A DNA stretch of 31,196 nucleotides. It comes from a virus. Its lineage: Duplodnaviria; Caudoviricetes. The stretch is from positions 1 to 31,196 of the IMG/VR virus record IMGVR_UViG_3300020042_006035, one strand, 5' to 3'. This document shows, piece after piece, positions 17,487-24,869 of this stretch (position 1 is the first letter of the stretch; each line of letters starts with the position of its first letter). A model generated the notes under the pieces. It did not search any database, was not told the DNA's origin, and was given only the letters and a program-made list of their open reading frames with translations. Position numbers and translations under genes: made by a program.

Positions 17487-18115
17487 TAAAAAAGTTTTTG
17501 TTGTGCTGTATGGTTGTTAATACGTTGCATTGCTTTATCAAAATACTCTTTATCAAGTTCACAAGCCGTCAAATCAAATCCGTAATCGTGGCAAGCTATT
17601 TCAATACTTCCACTGCCTAAATGCGTATCAAGTATTTTATCTCCTTGCTTTGCGTATTTATCTAAAATCCATTTATATAGTTTATACGGTTTTTCTGTTG
17701 GGTGAAAAGTTTTTTGTGCAATTAAAGACGCTCTATTTAATTCAAATTGTCTTGTAACTGTTTCAAATGAAGTCCACGCCATTTCACCATCTGACATTGT
17801 TAAATCTCTTTGCCCTTTATACCAAAATATCCACGCCTTTGTAGGATATAAAAATTCAGTAAAATAATTAGCACCCCAAATAATTTGATTTTTAGAAACT
17901 CTTTTTAACTCTTCAAAATATTCTTTATTAGGTATTGAATTATCCCAATTCTTTTGAGTATGTTCTTTTCTGTTATGCTTAGGATTTTTATTAATACTTT
18001 TCTTTTGTCCATCAATACCAATTCCATAAGGAGGGTCGCAAATCGCAAGGTCAAAATAGTTGTCAGGGTAACGAGCCATTAGCTCCATGTTGTCTTCGTT
18101 AGTTATTTTTAACAT
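17486..18115 (-). CDS. DNA N6-adenine/N4-cytosine methyltransferase (beta class)
   Basis: DPPY catalytic motif, 'HPTEKP', 'ILDTHLGSGS' SAM-binding motif. Confidence 0.9.
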   Translation of the reverse strand: MLKITNEDNMELMARYPDNYFDLAICDPPYGIGIDGQKKSINKNPKHNRKEHTQKNWDNSIPNKEYFEELKRVSKNQIIWGANYFTEFLYPTKAWIFWYKGQRDLTMSDGEMAWTSFETVTRQFELNRASLIAQKTFHPTEKPYKLYKWILDKYAKQGDKILDTHLGSGSIEIACHDYGFDLTACELDKEYFDKAMQRINNHTAQQKLF

Positions 18116-19301
18116 ATTGTTTAAGTGTAAAGTTTTTTTTCTGTGATACTGTTTTATAAATCTTTTCGGTTAACGAATCTTTGCCAAATATAAAAAACAC
18201 ATCGTTTTCTTTTCGCTCTTTAGTCGTTAACCTGTCAATTGATTGAATGAAGTTGGTCCCGGAGAATCCAAAGTTGTAAAATACTAAACAATGCGCTTTA
18301 CTTAAATTCACACCTAATGCACTCGAATACTGCTGTCCAATGTAATGCTTACTCGTTGTGTTAAACTCGTTTAAATCGCTTGTAGAGTTAGGAAAAACTA
18401 ACTTTAATAATTCAAGCTCTTCAACGTAATAGTAAAATATTGCCAACTTTTTGCCTTCAAAGTAATCTCTAATAAATTTAGCTTTGCGAGTATTAAGAAT
18501 CATTGATTTTCCCGACTCAAACTTAATTGTCCCATTCTCTAATTGGTGAACTTTCTGCATTAATTTTGCTCCCGAATCTGCTAATATTACGTTTTCTTTA
18601 CCCTCTATTATTAAGTCTTTCTCTAATCTTTCAATTAAGTTTCTGCATAATGTAGGGTAATAGATCACGTGTTCTTTTACTTTGCTTTCAAAACCGCTTT
18701 GTTCTTGAGTAAACTTAATAATATACGGTTGTATTGCCTCGTCAATCAATGCAATTTTTGCATCTGAATAATCGTTAATCATTGCATAACCCATGTTCTT
18801 TTGTTTCACGTTTACGAATGTTTTTGACCATTTGTAAAAATTAATGTCTTTAAATGGTGAATAAGAACTAACCCAAAACTGATGGTACATTTGAGAATAA
18901 CTTTCAGATGCAGGTGTACCGCTTAAAAATATCATTGGCACACGGGAATACTTAAGTTTAAATTCTTTTACTCGTTTTGATGGCTTCGGGAATGCTCCGA
19001 ATCTGTGATGCTCATCGTGGATTATTAAATCAAAGTTTCCTTCGATATTAGCTAATTGATCATCATTTGTAACGGTTATATTAAACGTATAACCAAAGTT
19101 AGTGTAATCGCTTTCAATCGAACTTATAGCTTTCTTTTTAGTTAAGAATAAAACGTTGTTAGCTCCGTATAGTTTAGCTGTTTCTAAAGCTGTTAAAGTT
19201 TTCCCTGTACGAACTTGCATCATTAGGTAAACTATTCGCTTTTCTTTTAATATGTCAACTGCTTGTTCTGATATATCAACTTGGTAATCTCTTAAGAACA
19301 T
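18099..19301 (-). CDS. SNF2-like SF2 helicase
   Basis: 'RDYQ', 'RTGKT', 'DEHH', 'LSGTP', 'GVNLS', 'QSIDR'. Confidence 0.85.
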   Translation of the reverse strand: MFLRDYQVDISEQAVDILKEKRIVYLMMQVRTGKTLTALETAKLYGANNVLFLTKKKAISSIESDYTNFGYTFNITVTNDDQLANIEGNFDLIIHDEHHRFGAFPKPSKRVKEFKLKYSRVPMIFLSGTPASESYSQMYHQFWVSSYSPFKDINFYKWSKTFVNVKQKNMGYAMINDYSDAKIALIDEAIQPYIIKFTQEQSGFESKVKEHVIYYPTLCRNLIERLEKDLIIEGKENVILADSGAKLMQKVHQLENGTIKFESGKSMILNTRKAKFIRDYFEGKKLAIFYYYVEELELLKLVFPNSTSDLNEFNTTSKHYIGQQYSSALGVNLSKAHCLVFYNFGFSGTNFIQSIDRLTTKERKENDVFFIFGKDSLTEKIYKTVSQKKNFTLKQYVKNN

Positions 19302-19449
19302 TTTTTACGTCTTTTAATTTGTTTATAATATCGGTGTACTTAGTAATCATTTCAAGTCGTTCAGGTGTTTTTTCAATAATAACACTTAATGACTGTTTTA
19401 CCTTTTCAATCTCACCGTCTAAAATTATCGCTGTTAATCTTTTATCCAT
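19276..19449 (-). CDS. Small helical protein (57 aa), apparent paralog of the upstream gene
   Basis: MDKRLTAIILDGEIEKVKQSLSVIIEKTPERLEMITKYTDIINKLKDVKNVLKRLPS*; absent from the ORF track. Confidence 0.65.
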   Translation of the reverse strand: MDKRLTAIILDGEIEKVKQSLSVIIEKTPERLEMITKYTDIINKLKDVKNVLKRLPS

Positions 19450-19643
19450 CTCTCAGATTCAAATTTAAACTCCATTAATAAAAAATCTTTTTTAATCATT
19501 TTAAGATTGCTAATTGAATCGTTTAATGACTTTATTAAATCCGTTCTATGTGGATGTTTTTCATTTACAAAATCAATTGAATCTACATACGTATTAATAA
19601 CATAGTCTAAGCTATTAAACGCTAACATCGTATCAAATCTCAT
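19434..19643 (-). CDS. Small helical protein
   Basis: Start re-called at MRFDT (ATGA overlap); 'EKHPHRTDLI'. Confidence 0.65.
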   Translation of the reverse strand: MRFDTMLAFNSLDYVINTYVDSIDFVNEKHPHRTDLIKSLNDSISNLKMIKKDFLLMEFKFESERWIKD

Positions 19644-21124
19644 ATTGTGTCCCAAATATCAAGGTCGCTTTCTGTTACTTCTTTAGGTGTAATAGACCTT
19701 TCTGTTATCATAAATTTTAAAGCTCCTCCAGGAGTTCTTGATTCGTAATCGTAACAAAAGAAATCACAAAACTTTTTTATAGATTGTGTTACCTCTTTTT
19801 TTGATTTTGCCATAAATGATTTTGAAATACTAAACTTATATTTATCATAGGTTTCTTGACCAGATAACCATTCATTTTTTGGCAAATCTAAACAAAATTC
19901 GTAAAGCTCTTTGCCTAAGTTAGCTTCCAACTTTTTAAGTGGTAAAGAAATTGATTTGTATGATACCAATCCATTATTAAGATATTTTTTTAAACATTCA
20001 ATCATGTAACAATCAAAACGCGCCCACTCTAATTCGTCCCAATCAGTAAATAAATAATGACCAAAAAATTCATAAGGTGTATTATCAGCATTAAAAAAAG
20101 TTGATAATTCTAATTCAAACTTTCTTGCATCGTGTGAATCTCCATTTCCTTTAAGTACATAATTTGTAGAAATTACAATCTTTGGAGAGTCTTCTACAGG
20201 AAGTTTAATAGTGTCTTTTCCTTTATAGGTTATATCAATCCCCTCTGTAATAACACTAAACAAATTCTCAAATTGAAAGTTCTTTTTTACATCGTCAAAA
20301 ACCAATATTTGACAATCAGTTTTTACAGATTGATAAGGGAAATCTCCACCAAACTTAAACTGTTTACCGTCTATTGACTGTAGTTTTTTCATGTGTTTTA
20401 AACTGTTCCAAAATACGCCTTTTCCACTTCTGCCATTTGGTGAGTCACTTATCATTTCATCATTAAGAATAATTGCTTTATTATTTCCTGATGTCTTATA
20501 AGAATGTATTAAATACCCTATTGCTGTTTGAAAAGAATTATATCTGGCAACTGCTGTTTCATGTTTATTTTGGTCTTCTACAGATGAATACTCATTTAAA
20601 TCAATACCTCCTGATATTTTCCATACAAACTTTCTAAATTCTGAATCATGGTGGTCAGAACTTACATACTTTCTTTTAATTACTTGATTTTCCCAAATGT
20701 TAAGGTTAAAATCTTTGTAGTCTTTAAGTTCTGATTTGTTTTTAGTTACTTCTAATATTCCATTTTCATAAAATAAATATGCAATGTCTTTAGTGTCTTT
20801 TAAAACTTTTATTTCCTTACTTTCAATCATACTTAAATAGTCACGTTTAAAAAACTTAATGTTTGAAGTCATAAGATTGTAAACGTCTTCGCTTAAACGT
20901 TCCTTTAAGATGTGATTAAGAACAAAATCTTTAACCTCTACTTCGTCTACAATTTCTAAAAATATTCCGTTTTTTTTAATTATGTTAAAAGTACTATTTG
21001 GATTAGGTCGATTTTTAAAAAAACAATTCATTTCTAAAAACCTTTTGAACTTGTAATTATTCAATGACACTTTACCATCTTGGTTAACTGACCAAAACTT
21101 TTCTTCAGGGTTTATATTATTCAT
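19640..21124 (-). CDS. P-loop replicative helicase (D5/SF3-like C-terminal part of primase-helicases)
   Basis: Walker A 'NGRSGKG', Walker B 'ILVFDD', motif C 'ISTNY', Arg-finger region 'DARKFE'. Confidence 0.75.
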   Translation of the reverse strand: MNNINPEEKFWSVNQDGKVSLNNYKFKRFLEMNCFFKNRPNPNSTFNIIKKNGIFLEIVDEVEVKDFVLNHILKERLSEDVYNLMTSNIKFFKRDYLSMIESKEIKVLKDTKDIAYLFYENGILEVTKNKSELKDYKDFNLNIWENQVIKRKYVSSDHHDSEFRKFVWKISGGIDLNEYSSVEDQNKHETAVARYNSFQTAIGYLIHSYKTSGNNKAIILNDEMISDSPNGRSGKGVFWNSLKHMKKLQSIDGKQFKFGGDFPYQSVKTDCQILVFDDVKKNFQFENLFSVITEGIDITYKGKDTIKLPVEDSPKIVISTNYVLKGNGDSHDARKFELELSTFFNADNTPYEFFGHYLFTDWDELEWARFDCYMIECLKKYLNNGLVSYKSISLPLKKLEANLGKELYEFCLDLPKNEWLSGQETYDKYKFSISKSFMAKSKKEVTQSIKKFCDFFCYDYESRTPGGALKFMITERSITPKEVTESDLDIWDTI

Positions 21125-21477
21125 GATTTCTTTCTTTCTTTTATATTATTATAAGCCATTGATACTATTTGTAAGTTATCAATGTTATTATTTAAAGGGT
21201 TATTATCAATATGATCTATAACAGTTTTTCTATCTGTTTTAACATAATCTAAAAAACATAAAGCCATTAACGAATGAACTCTTAAAGTTTTTTTTATTCC
21301 TTTTTTATACAAACTTATCTGAGGATAGTTTCTTCTTAAGACACCGCTCATATGATGATTAATTATCCTTTCTTGTAATTTACCGTTTTTATAAAATCCT
21401 TTAATTCTACCGTAAGAACTTATCTCATAAAGACCTTCATAATCTTTAATTGGTTTCCATACTTCTTTTCCTATCAT
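21121..21477 (-). CDS. NUMOD4-HNH homing endonuclease (free-standing)
   Basis: 'EVWKPIKDYEGLYEISSYGRIK' NUMOD4; 'RVHSLMA', 'IDHIDNNPLNNNIDNLQ' HNH; start re-called at ATG 21477. Confidence 0.9.
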   Translation of the reverse strand: MIGKEVWKPIKDYEGLYEISSYGRIKGFYKNGKLQERIINHHMSGVLRRNYPQISLYKKGIKKTLRVHSLMALCFLDYVKTDRKTVIDHIDNNPLNNNIDNLQIVSMAYNNIKERKKS

Positions 21478-21493
21478 AATTTTTTTTAAATGC

Positions 21494-21580
21494 AAAAAGC
21501 CATCTTCAAAAGGTGCGTGAGAAAACCCTTATCAGATAGCTTTTTAAATAATTTCTTTATGAAGTTCTCACGCTTCGATA
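21494..21580 (-). ncRNA. Structured 5' leader with two hairpins and complementary loops (kissing loop/pseudoknot)
   Basis: GAAG-[CGUGAGAA]-CUUC and AAAAAGCUAUCU..AAGGGU-[UUUCUCACGC]-ACCUUU..AGAUGGCUUUUU. Confidence 0.55.
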
Positions 21581-21582
21581 TG

Positions 21583-21590
21583 CAAATATA
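21583..21590 (-). promoter_or_regulatory. Bacteroidota -7 promoter element for the replication operon
   Basis: TATATTTG; no clear -33 TTG at N19-21. Confidence 0.55.
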
Positions 21591-21622
21591 GCAATAATAT
21601 TTTAATTATATTCTATTTATAT

Positions 21623-21645
21623 TAATTTATAACGATTCTAAATAA
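21623..21645. promoter_or_regulatory. Imperfect 23-bp palindrome, candidate transcription-factor operator
   Basis: taatttataacgattctaaataa; 8 of 11 arm positions pair. Confidence 0.35.
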
Positions 21646-21654
21646 TGTTTTATT

Positions 21655-21906
21655 CATCTCTCCACATCTCTACACATCTCTACAGCTATCTCTACACACC
21701 TTAAGCCTTGTGTTTATTGGTGTTTTATTGTTTTTGTAGACTTGTAGAGATGTTTTTCAATATTTTTTTATTTTCACTGTTTCCCCTTTTATATATAAAA
21801 GATTGTTATTTTACCTCTACATCTCTACAAAATCACGTTAACCCTTGTGTTTATTGGTGTTTTGACTGTAGAGATGACTGTAGAGATGTGTAGAGATGTG
21901 GAGATG
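21655..21906. repeat. Symmetric iteron array, probable replication origin
   Basis: 10-bp CATCTCTACA units in both orientations, 21-bp direct repeat at 21706 and 21843, perfect 16-bp AT palindrome at 21786-21801. Confidence 0.75.
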
Positions 21907-21911
21907 TACAC

Positions 21912-21938
21912 AAAAAAACCGACTTATTAGGTCGGTTT
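21912..21938 (-). terminator. Intrinsic terminator ending the early cluster
   Basis: AAACCGAC-CTAATAA-GTCGGTTT followed by a T tract. Confidence 0.75.
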
Positions 21939-21944
21939 AGTTGG

Positions 21945-22175
21945 TTATAAAACTTTTTTTAATAGGTAAAGTAATTCTTGAGCTTCGTCATAATCTAATC
22001 TGTTTTTATTACGTTGTGTAAATTCTATTCCATTTCCTGTATCTTCTATTTCAAAAATTGCTTGTCCTTTTAAATCCTCATACCAACCTTCATCTTTCGG
22101 GTCTGCTAATAATGTATGTTTACTTTCTATTTTTTGGTATAAATAACCACAACCTCCTAATTTTATCTTTTTCAT
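21945..22175 (-). CDS. Hypothetical protein
   Basis: 76 aa; 'IEDTGNGI.F...LDYDEA'. Confidence 0.65.
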   Translation of the reverse strand: MKKIKLGGCGYLYQKIESKHTLLADPKDEGWYEDLKGQAIFEIEDTGNGIEFTQRNKNRLDYDEAQELLYLLKKVL

Positions 22176-22176
22176 T

Positions 22177-22530
22177 TTAAAACTTTTTTAACATTTGAAT
22201 ATAGCCCTCATCCTCTGCGTATCCTATTTTTTGCAAGAATACGTAATAATCGCCTTTAACGTATCTTTTATCCTGCCACGTCTTGTAATACTCTACACAG
22301 GCTTCGACGCTCTTAAAACGCATTAAACGACCCTTATATATGAATCCGAACGCGTTGTTGTACTCCGTGAATGCTCTGCTAACTCCATTACCTGTTTCTA
22401 AGCGGTATTGTGCGTAAACAATTTCAGGGTGTTTTATGCCCTTATCCTTGATTTGCTGTAAAGTCAATTGACCGATAGATATACTGCTCATCATTAGAAA
22501 GCTCGTCATAAGTAGGGGCTTGATATTCAT
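22177..22530 (-). CDS. Glucosaminidase (GH73/FlgJ-like) peptidoglycan hydrolase with predicted signal peptide
   Basis: 'IVYAQYRLETG', 'NNAFG', 'F.SVEACVEYY', 'GYAEDEGY'; N-terminus MNIKPLLMTSFLMMSSISIG|Q; start uncertain. Confidence 0.75.
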   Translation of the reverse strand: MNIKPLLMTSFLMMSSISIGQLTLQQIKDKGIKHPEIVYAQYRLETGNGVSRAFTEYNNAFGFIYKGRLMRFKSVEACVEYYKTWQDKRYVKGDYYVFLQKIGYAEDEGYIQMLKKF

Positions 22531-22732
22531 AATCTTCTTCATAATATGGTTGATTTTTATGCCCAAAATATAGGCTTGTTATGTACTTTTTTCCTTCCCA
22601 TGTTGCAATTGCGTGTCCAACGGTCGCAATGGGTACGTTTAAATGTTTAGCGATGTCCAACTGAATCCAGCCAGCTTCGAGCATGTTACGTACACGCTCG
22701 TAAATGTATTCATAACTCGAAGGGCTTTTCAC
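22442..22732 (-). CDS. HTH DNA-binding protein
   Basis: 'MLEAGWIQLDIAKHLNVPIATVGHAIA'; acidic C-terminal tail. Confidence 0.6.
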   Translation of the reverse strand: MKSPSSYEYIYERVRNMLEAGWIQLDIAKHLNVPIATVGHAIATWEGKKYITSLYFGHKNQPYYEEDYEYQAPTYDELSNDEQYIYRSIDFTANQG

Positions 22733-23039
22733 AATAGCAATTTATTAAAATGTTTTGAAATGGTGCGTCTTGGTCGTAATCGGTAACCATGTACTCACCG
22801 CTACCGCCACACGTTATACACTTATTTATTTCTGCAAACTCGGTAAATTGCTCTAACTCCATTGTTGTACAGATACGGTTTCCAGGCTCATCGTAAACTA
22901 AACCGTCATTTATGTATAAACGCTCTCTAAGGTCTTCAAACGTTGCCCATACACTATCGCTGTCAATCTTCATAAATTCCACGTCTGAAGGCATAATTAA
23001 CGTGTCTACCTTGAATATATTTCTAATTAACTTCTTCAT
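22710..23039 (-). CDS. Hypothetical protein with C-terminal Zn-ribbon
   Basis: 'CITCGGSG...NCYC'. Confidence 0.65.
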   Translation of the reverse strand: MKKLIRNIFKVDTLIMPSDVEFMKIDSDSVWATFEDLRERLYINDGLVYDEPGNRICTTMELEQFTEFAEINKCITCGGSGEYMVTDYDQDAPFQNILINCYCEKPFEL

Positions 23040-23175
23040 AACTTCTACCAATTAAATAACAACCTAATAATCCAAATCCAATCCATATTGCGGTGGATGT
23101 ATTCCAATACTGATTTACAAATCCTACAATGATAATGCAAATCAATGCGTATAATAATTTTTTAGCGTATTTCAT
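23023..23175 (-). CDS. Small two-TM membrane protein
   Basis: MKYAKKLLYALICIIIVGFVNQYWNTSTAIWIGFGLLGCYLIGRSYEEVN. Confidence 0.6.
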   Translation of the reverse strand: MKYAKKLLYALICIIIVGFVNQYWNTSTAIWIGFGLLGCYLIGRSYEEVN

Positions 23176-23335
23176 GACCCATAATTTTAAGAATGAATAA
23201 ATAATTTTCTCCGACAACCTTTTGCGTTTCGGTTACTAGCTCCTTTGAATAAGGCACTTGTTCGAACCTGTTATCATAACCTAAAATCTTTCTGATTTCG
23301 GTAATTTGACTTTCAATTAATTCTGCTGTTTTCAT
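23162..23335 (-). CDS. Small hypothetical protein (57 aa)
   Basis: MKTAELIESQITEIRKILGYDNRFEQVPYSKELVTETQKVVGENYLFILKIMGHEIR*; absent from the ORF track. Confidence 0.65.
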   Translation of the reverse strand: MKTAELIESQITEIRKILGYDNRFEQVPYSKELVTETQKVVGENYLFILKIMGHEIR

Positions 23336-23646
23336 GTGTTTTTATTTTTTAAAATTTTAAATTGCTCTAAATCACTGAAATTATTAAACTCATAAATACT
23401 ACCATTATTATTATCTATTTTTTTAATAAATAAATGTTTATTTTCTTTATAAAATCTAATACATTCACTGCTCATTTTATAAGTTACAAAAGCGTCAAAT
23501 TGTATATCAATCACTTCATACTTTTTAAAACAAGTGTCCTTATCTGATTTTAACCACTCATGATAAACCATTACCGCAAACGGTTTCATTGCTTCAATTT
23601 TTTTTTCAATTGAATCTTTTACAACAACATTAGTTAAATTACTCAT
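23332..23646 (-). CDS. Hypothetical protein, first early gene
   Basis: 104 aa directly downstream of a consensus host promoter. Confidence 0.65.
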   Translation of the reverse strand: MSNLTNVVVKDSIEKKIEAMKPFAVMVYHEWLKSDKDTCFKKYEVIDIQFDAFVTYKMSSECIRFYKENKHLFIKKIDNNNGSIYEFNNFSDLEQFKILKNKNT

Positions 23647-23678
23647 ACTTTATAGTGTTTATGTTTTTAAATATGTAG

Positions 23679-23710
23679 CAAATATATATATTAATAATTA
23701 ATACACCAAA
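23679..23710 (-). promoter_or_regulatory. Bacteroidota sigma70-type early promoter
   Basis: TTTG-N20-TATATTTG, full consensus. Confidence 0.8.
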
Positions 23711-23719
23711 CTTTAGGGC

Positions 23720-23749
23720 AAAAAAAAAGCGATTTATTTCTAAACCGCT
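23720..23749 (-). terminator. Intrinsic terminator after the lysis genes
   Basis: AGCGGTTTA-GAAA-TAAATCGCT followed by a T tract. Confidence 0.85.
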
Positions 23750-23770
23750 CCAAAACACTCTATAAAGATA

Positions 23771-24358
23771 CTAAAATTCTTCTAATAAACAGTACGTTAT
23801 TCTATTTTGATTTTTAATTAAATTTATGATCATGCTGTATTGCTCTACATTATTGCATACTTGACAACCAGCACTCCAACCACCAATGTTTTCACCAATC
23901 TTTTTTACGGATAAATCATTTGAAATGCTGTGAAAGTTGATTCCGTAACCACTGCCTTTAATAGGTATTCCGATTTCCTCAGATTTACCATCCCTATCTC
24001 CGTCACGGTATACAATGAATGGACCAACCTGTCTTAATGCAGGCATCTTACCTTGATGTAAACCATAGGCCCAAACATCGTAATACCATTCGTTGGACTT
24101 AACAACTGCTGCACCTACTTTGTTATACTTCAGAAAGCCACCTTCTAAAATTGGTGTGCCAGGATTAGTTGTACCTGTAACAACTTTTACAAATTGTTCA
24201 CCATTGAATAAGTAAAACTTATCATCGTACTTATTTGGTGCGTCCTCATTTGATCTAACACCAAGGATCCAATATCCTAATGGAATAGTTTTGAATGACT
24301 TTAACTCTTCTACTCTATCGAGTAGTTGGTCTGTTGTGTAACTTCTAACGTTGCTCAT
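23771..24358 (-). CDS. Putative endolysin with YkuD/L,D-peptidase-like catalytic motif
   Basis: 'GINFH-x18-SAGCQV', 'TTNPG'; follows the holin at the end of the late operon. Confidence 0.6.
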   Translation of the reverse strand: MSNVRSYTTDQLLDRVEELKSFKTIPLGYWILGVRSNEDAPNKYDDKFYLFNGEQFVKVVTGTTNPGTPILEGGFLKYNKVGAAVVKSNEWYYDVWAYGLHQGKMPALRQVGPFIVYRDGDRDGKSEEIGIPIKGSGYGINFHSISNDLSVKKIGENIGGWSAGCQVCNNVEQYSMIINLIKNQNRITYCLLEEF

Positions 24359-24551
24359 CTATTGTAAGTTGTGATAATACTCCTGCTACTGACCCAACTG
24401 CAACCATATAAGGGGCAATTGCTAATCCAAAAGGCGGGGCGATTAAAACCGCTCCTATACCTCCGATTGCTATCCCAATACTTTGCACTTTTTTCCAGAA
24501 CAAGGGCGTTGGCGCATTCCATCTATTTCTTAATGACTTCAAAACTTCCAT
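24345..24551 (-). CDS. Putative holin
   Basis: 68 aa, basic N-terminus 'RWNAPTPLFWKK', two hydrophobic segments, directly upstream of the endolysin. Confidence 0.65.
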   Translation of the reverse strand: MEVLKSLRNRWNAPTPLFWKKVQSIGIAIGGIGAVLIAPPFGLAIAPYMVAVGSVAGVLSQLTIDEQR

Positions 24552-24645
24552 CTGTAAATTTTATCATGTAATTACTTGAGTCGCTCCAAACCGTTTTAAC
24601 GACTTTATTATTTATTATTTGACCTTCGTAGAATTTACGTTTCAT
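24523..24645 (-). CDS. Small hypothetical protein (40 aa)
   Basis: MKRKFYEGQIINNKVVKTVWSDSSNYMIKFTDGSFEVIKK*; ATGA-coupled; absent from the ORF track. Confidence 0.55.
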   Translation of the reverse strand: MKRKFYEGQIINNKVVKTVWSDSSNYMIKFTDGSFEVIKK

Positions 24646-24869
24646 ATAAATTCACTAACAATTGGATTATAAGGAATTAAAGGAAGTGTAAACCACCAAT
24701 TAATCACTCCTAACTCGTTTGCACGTACTAAAGTAATACTATTATAAACTTCTTGAGAAATATAATGATTCCCATTTGCATCTTGTGGTGGATTCATAAC
24801 TTGGATACCGTCGTAAGTTTGACCCATCAGTTGATTTTTTTGTTCTGTTGTTAATTGGTATACATTCAT
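24642..24869 (-). CDS. Small virion-associated hypothetical protein
   Basis: 'LTTEQKNQL.GQ.Y...NP.QDANGN.YIS..LPLIPYNP'; coupled to the upstream gene. Confidence 0.65.
   Translation of the reverse strand: MNVYQLTTEQKNQLMGQTYDGIQVMNPPQDANGNHYISQEVYNSITLVRANELGVINWWFTLPLIPYNPIVSEFI

Noticed and set aside
21121-21580. Group I intron carrying the HNH gene
   Set aside because: No interrupted host gene on either side; the HNH stop overlaps the helicase start directly; no room or motifs for an intron core
21708-21893. 61-aa + strand ORF
   Set aside because: Lies wholly within the iteron array; its DCRD repeats simply translate the DNA repeats
21655-21906. CRISPR-like mini-array (21-bp direct repeat and 10-bp repeats)
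   Set aside because: Only two 21-bp copies, 116 nt apart; the short repeats are tandem or inverted without unique spacers; no cas genes
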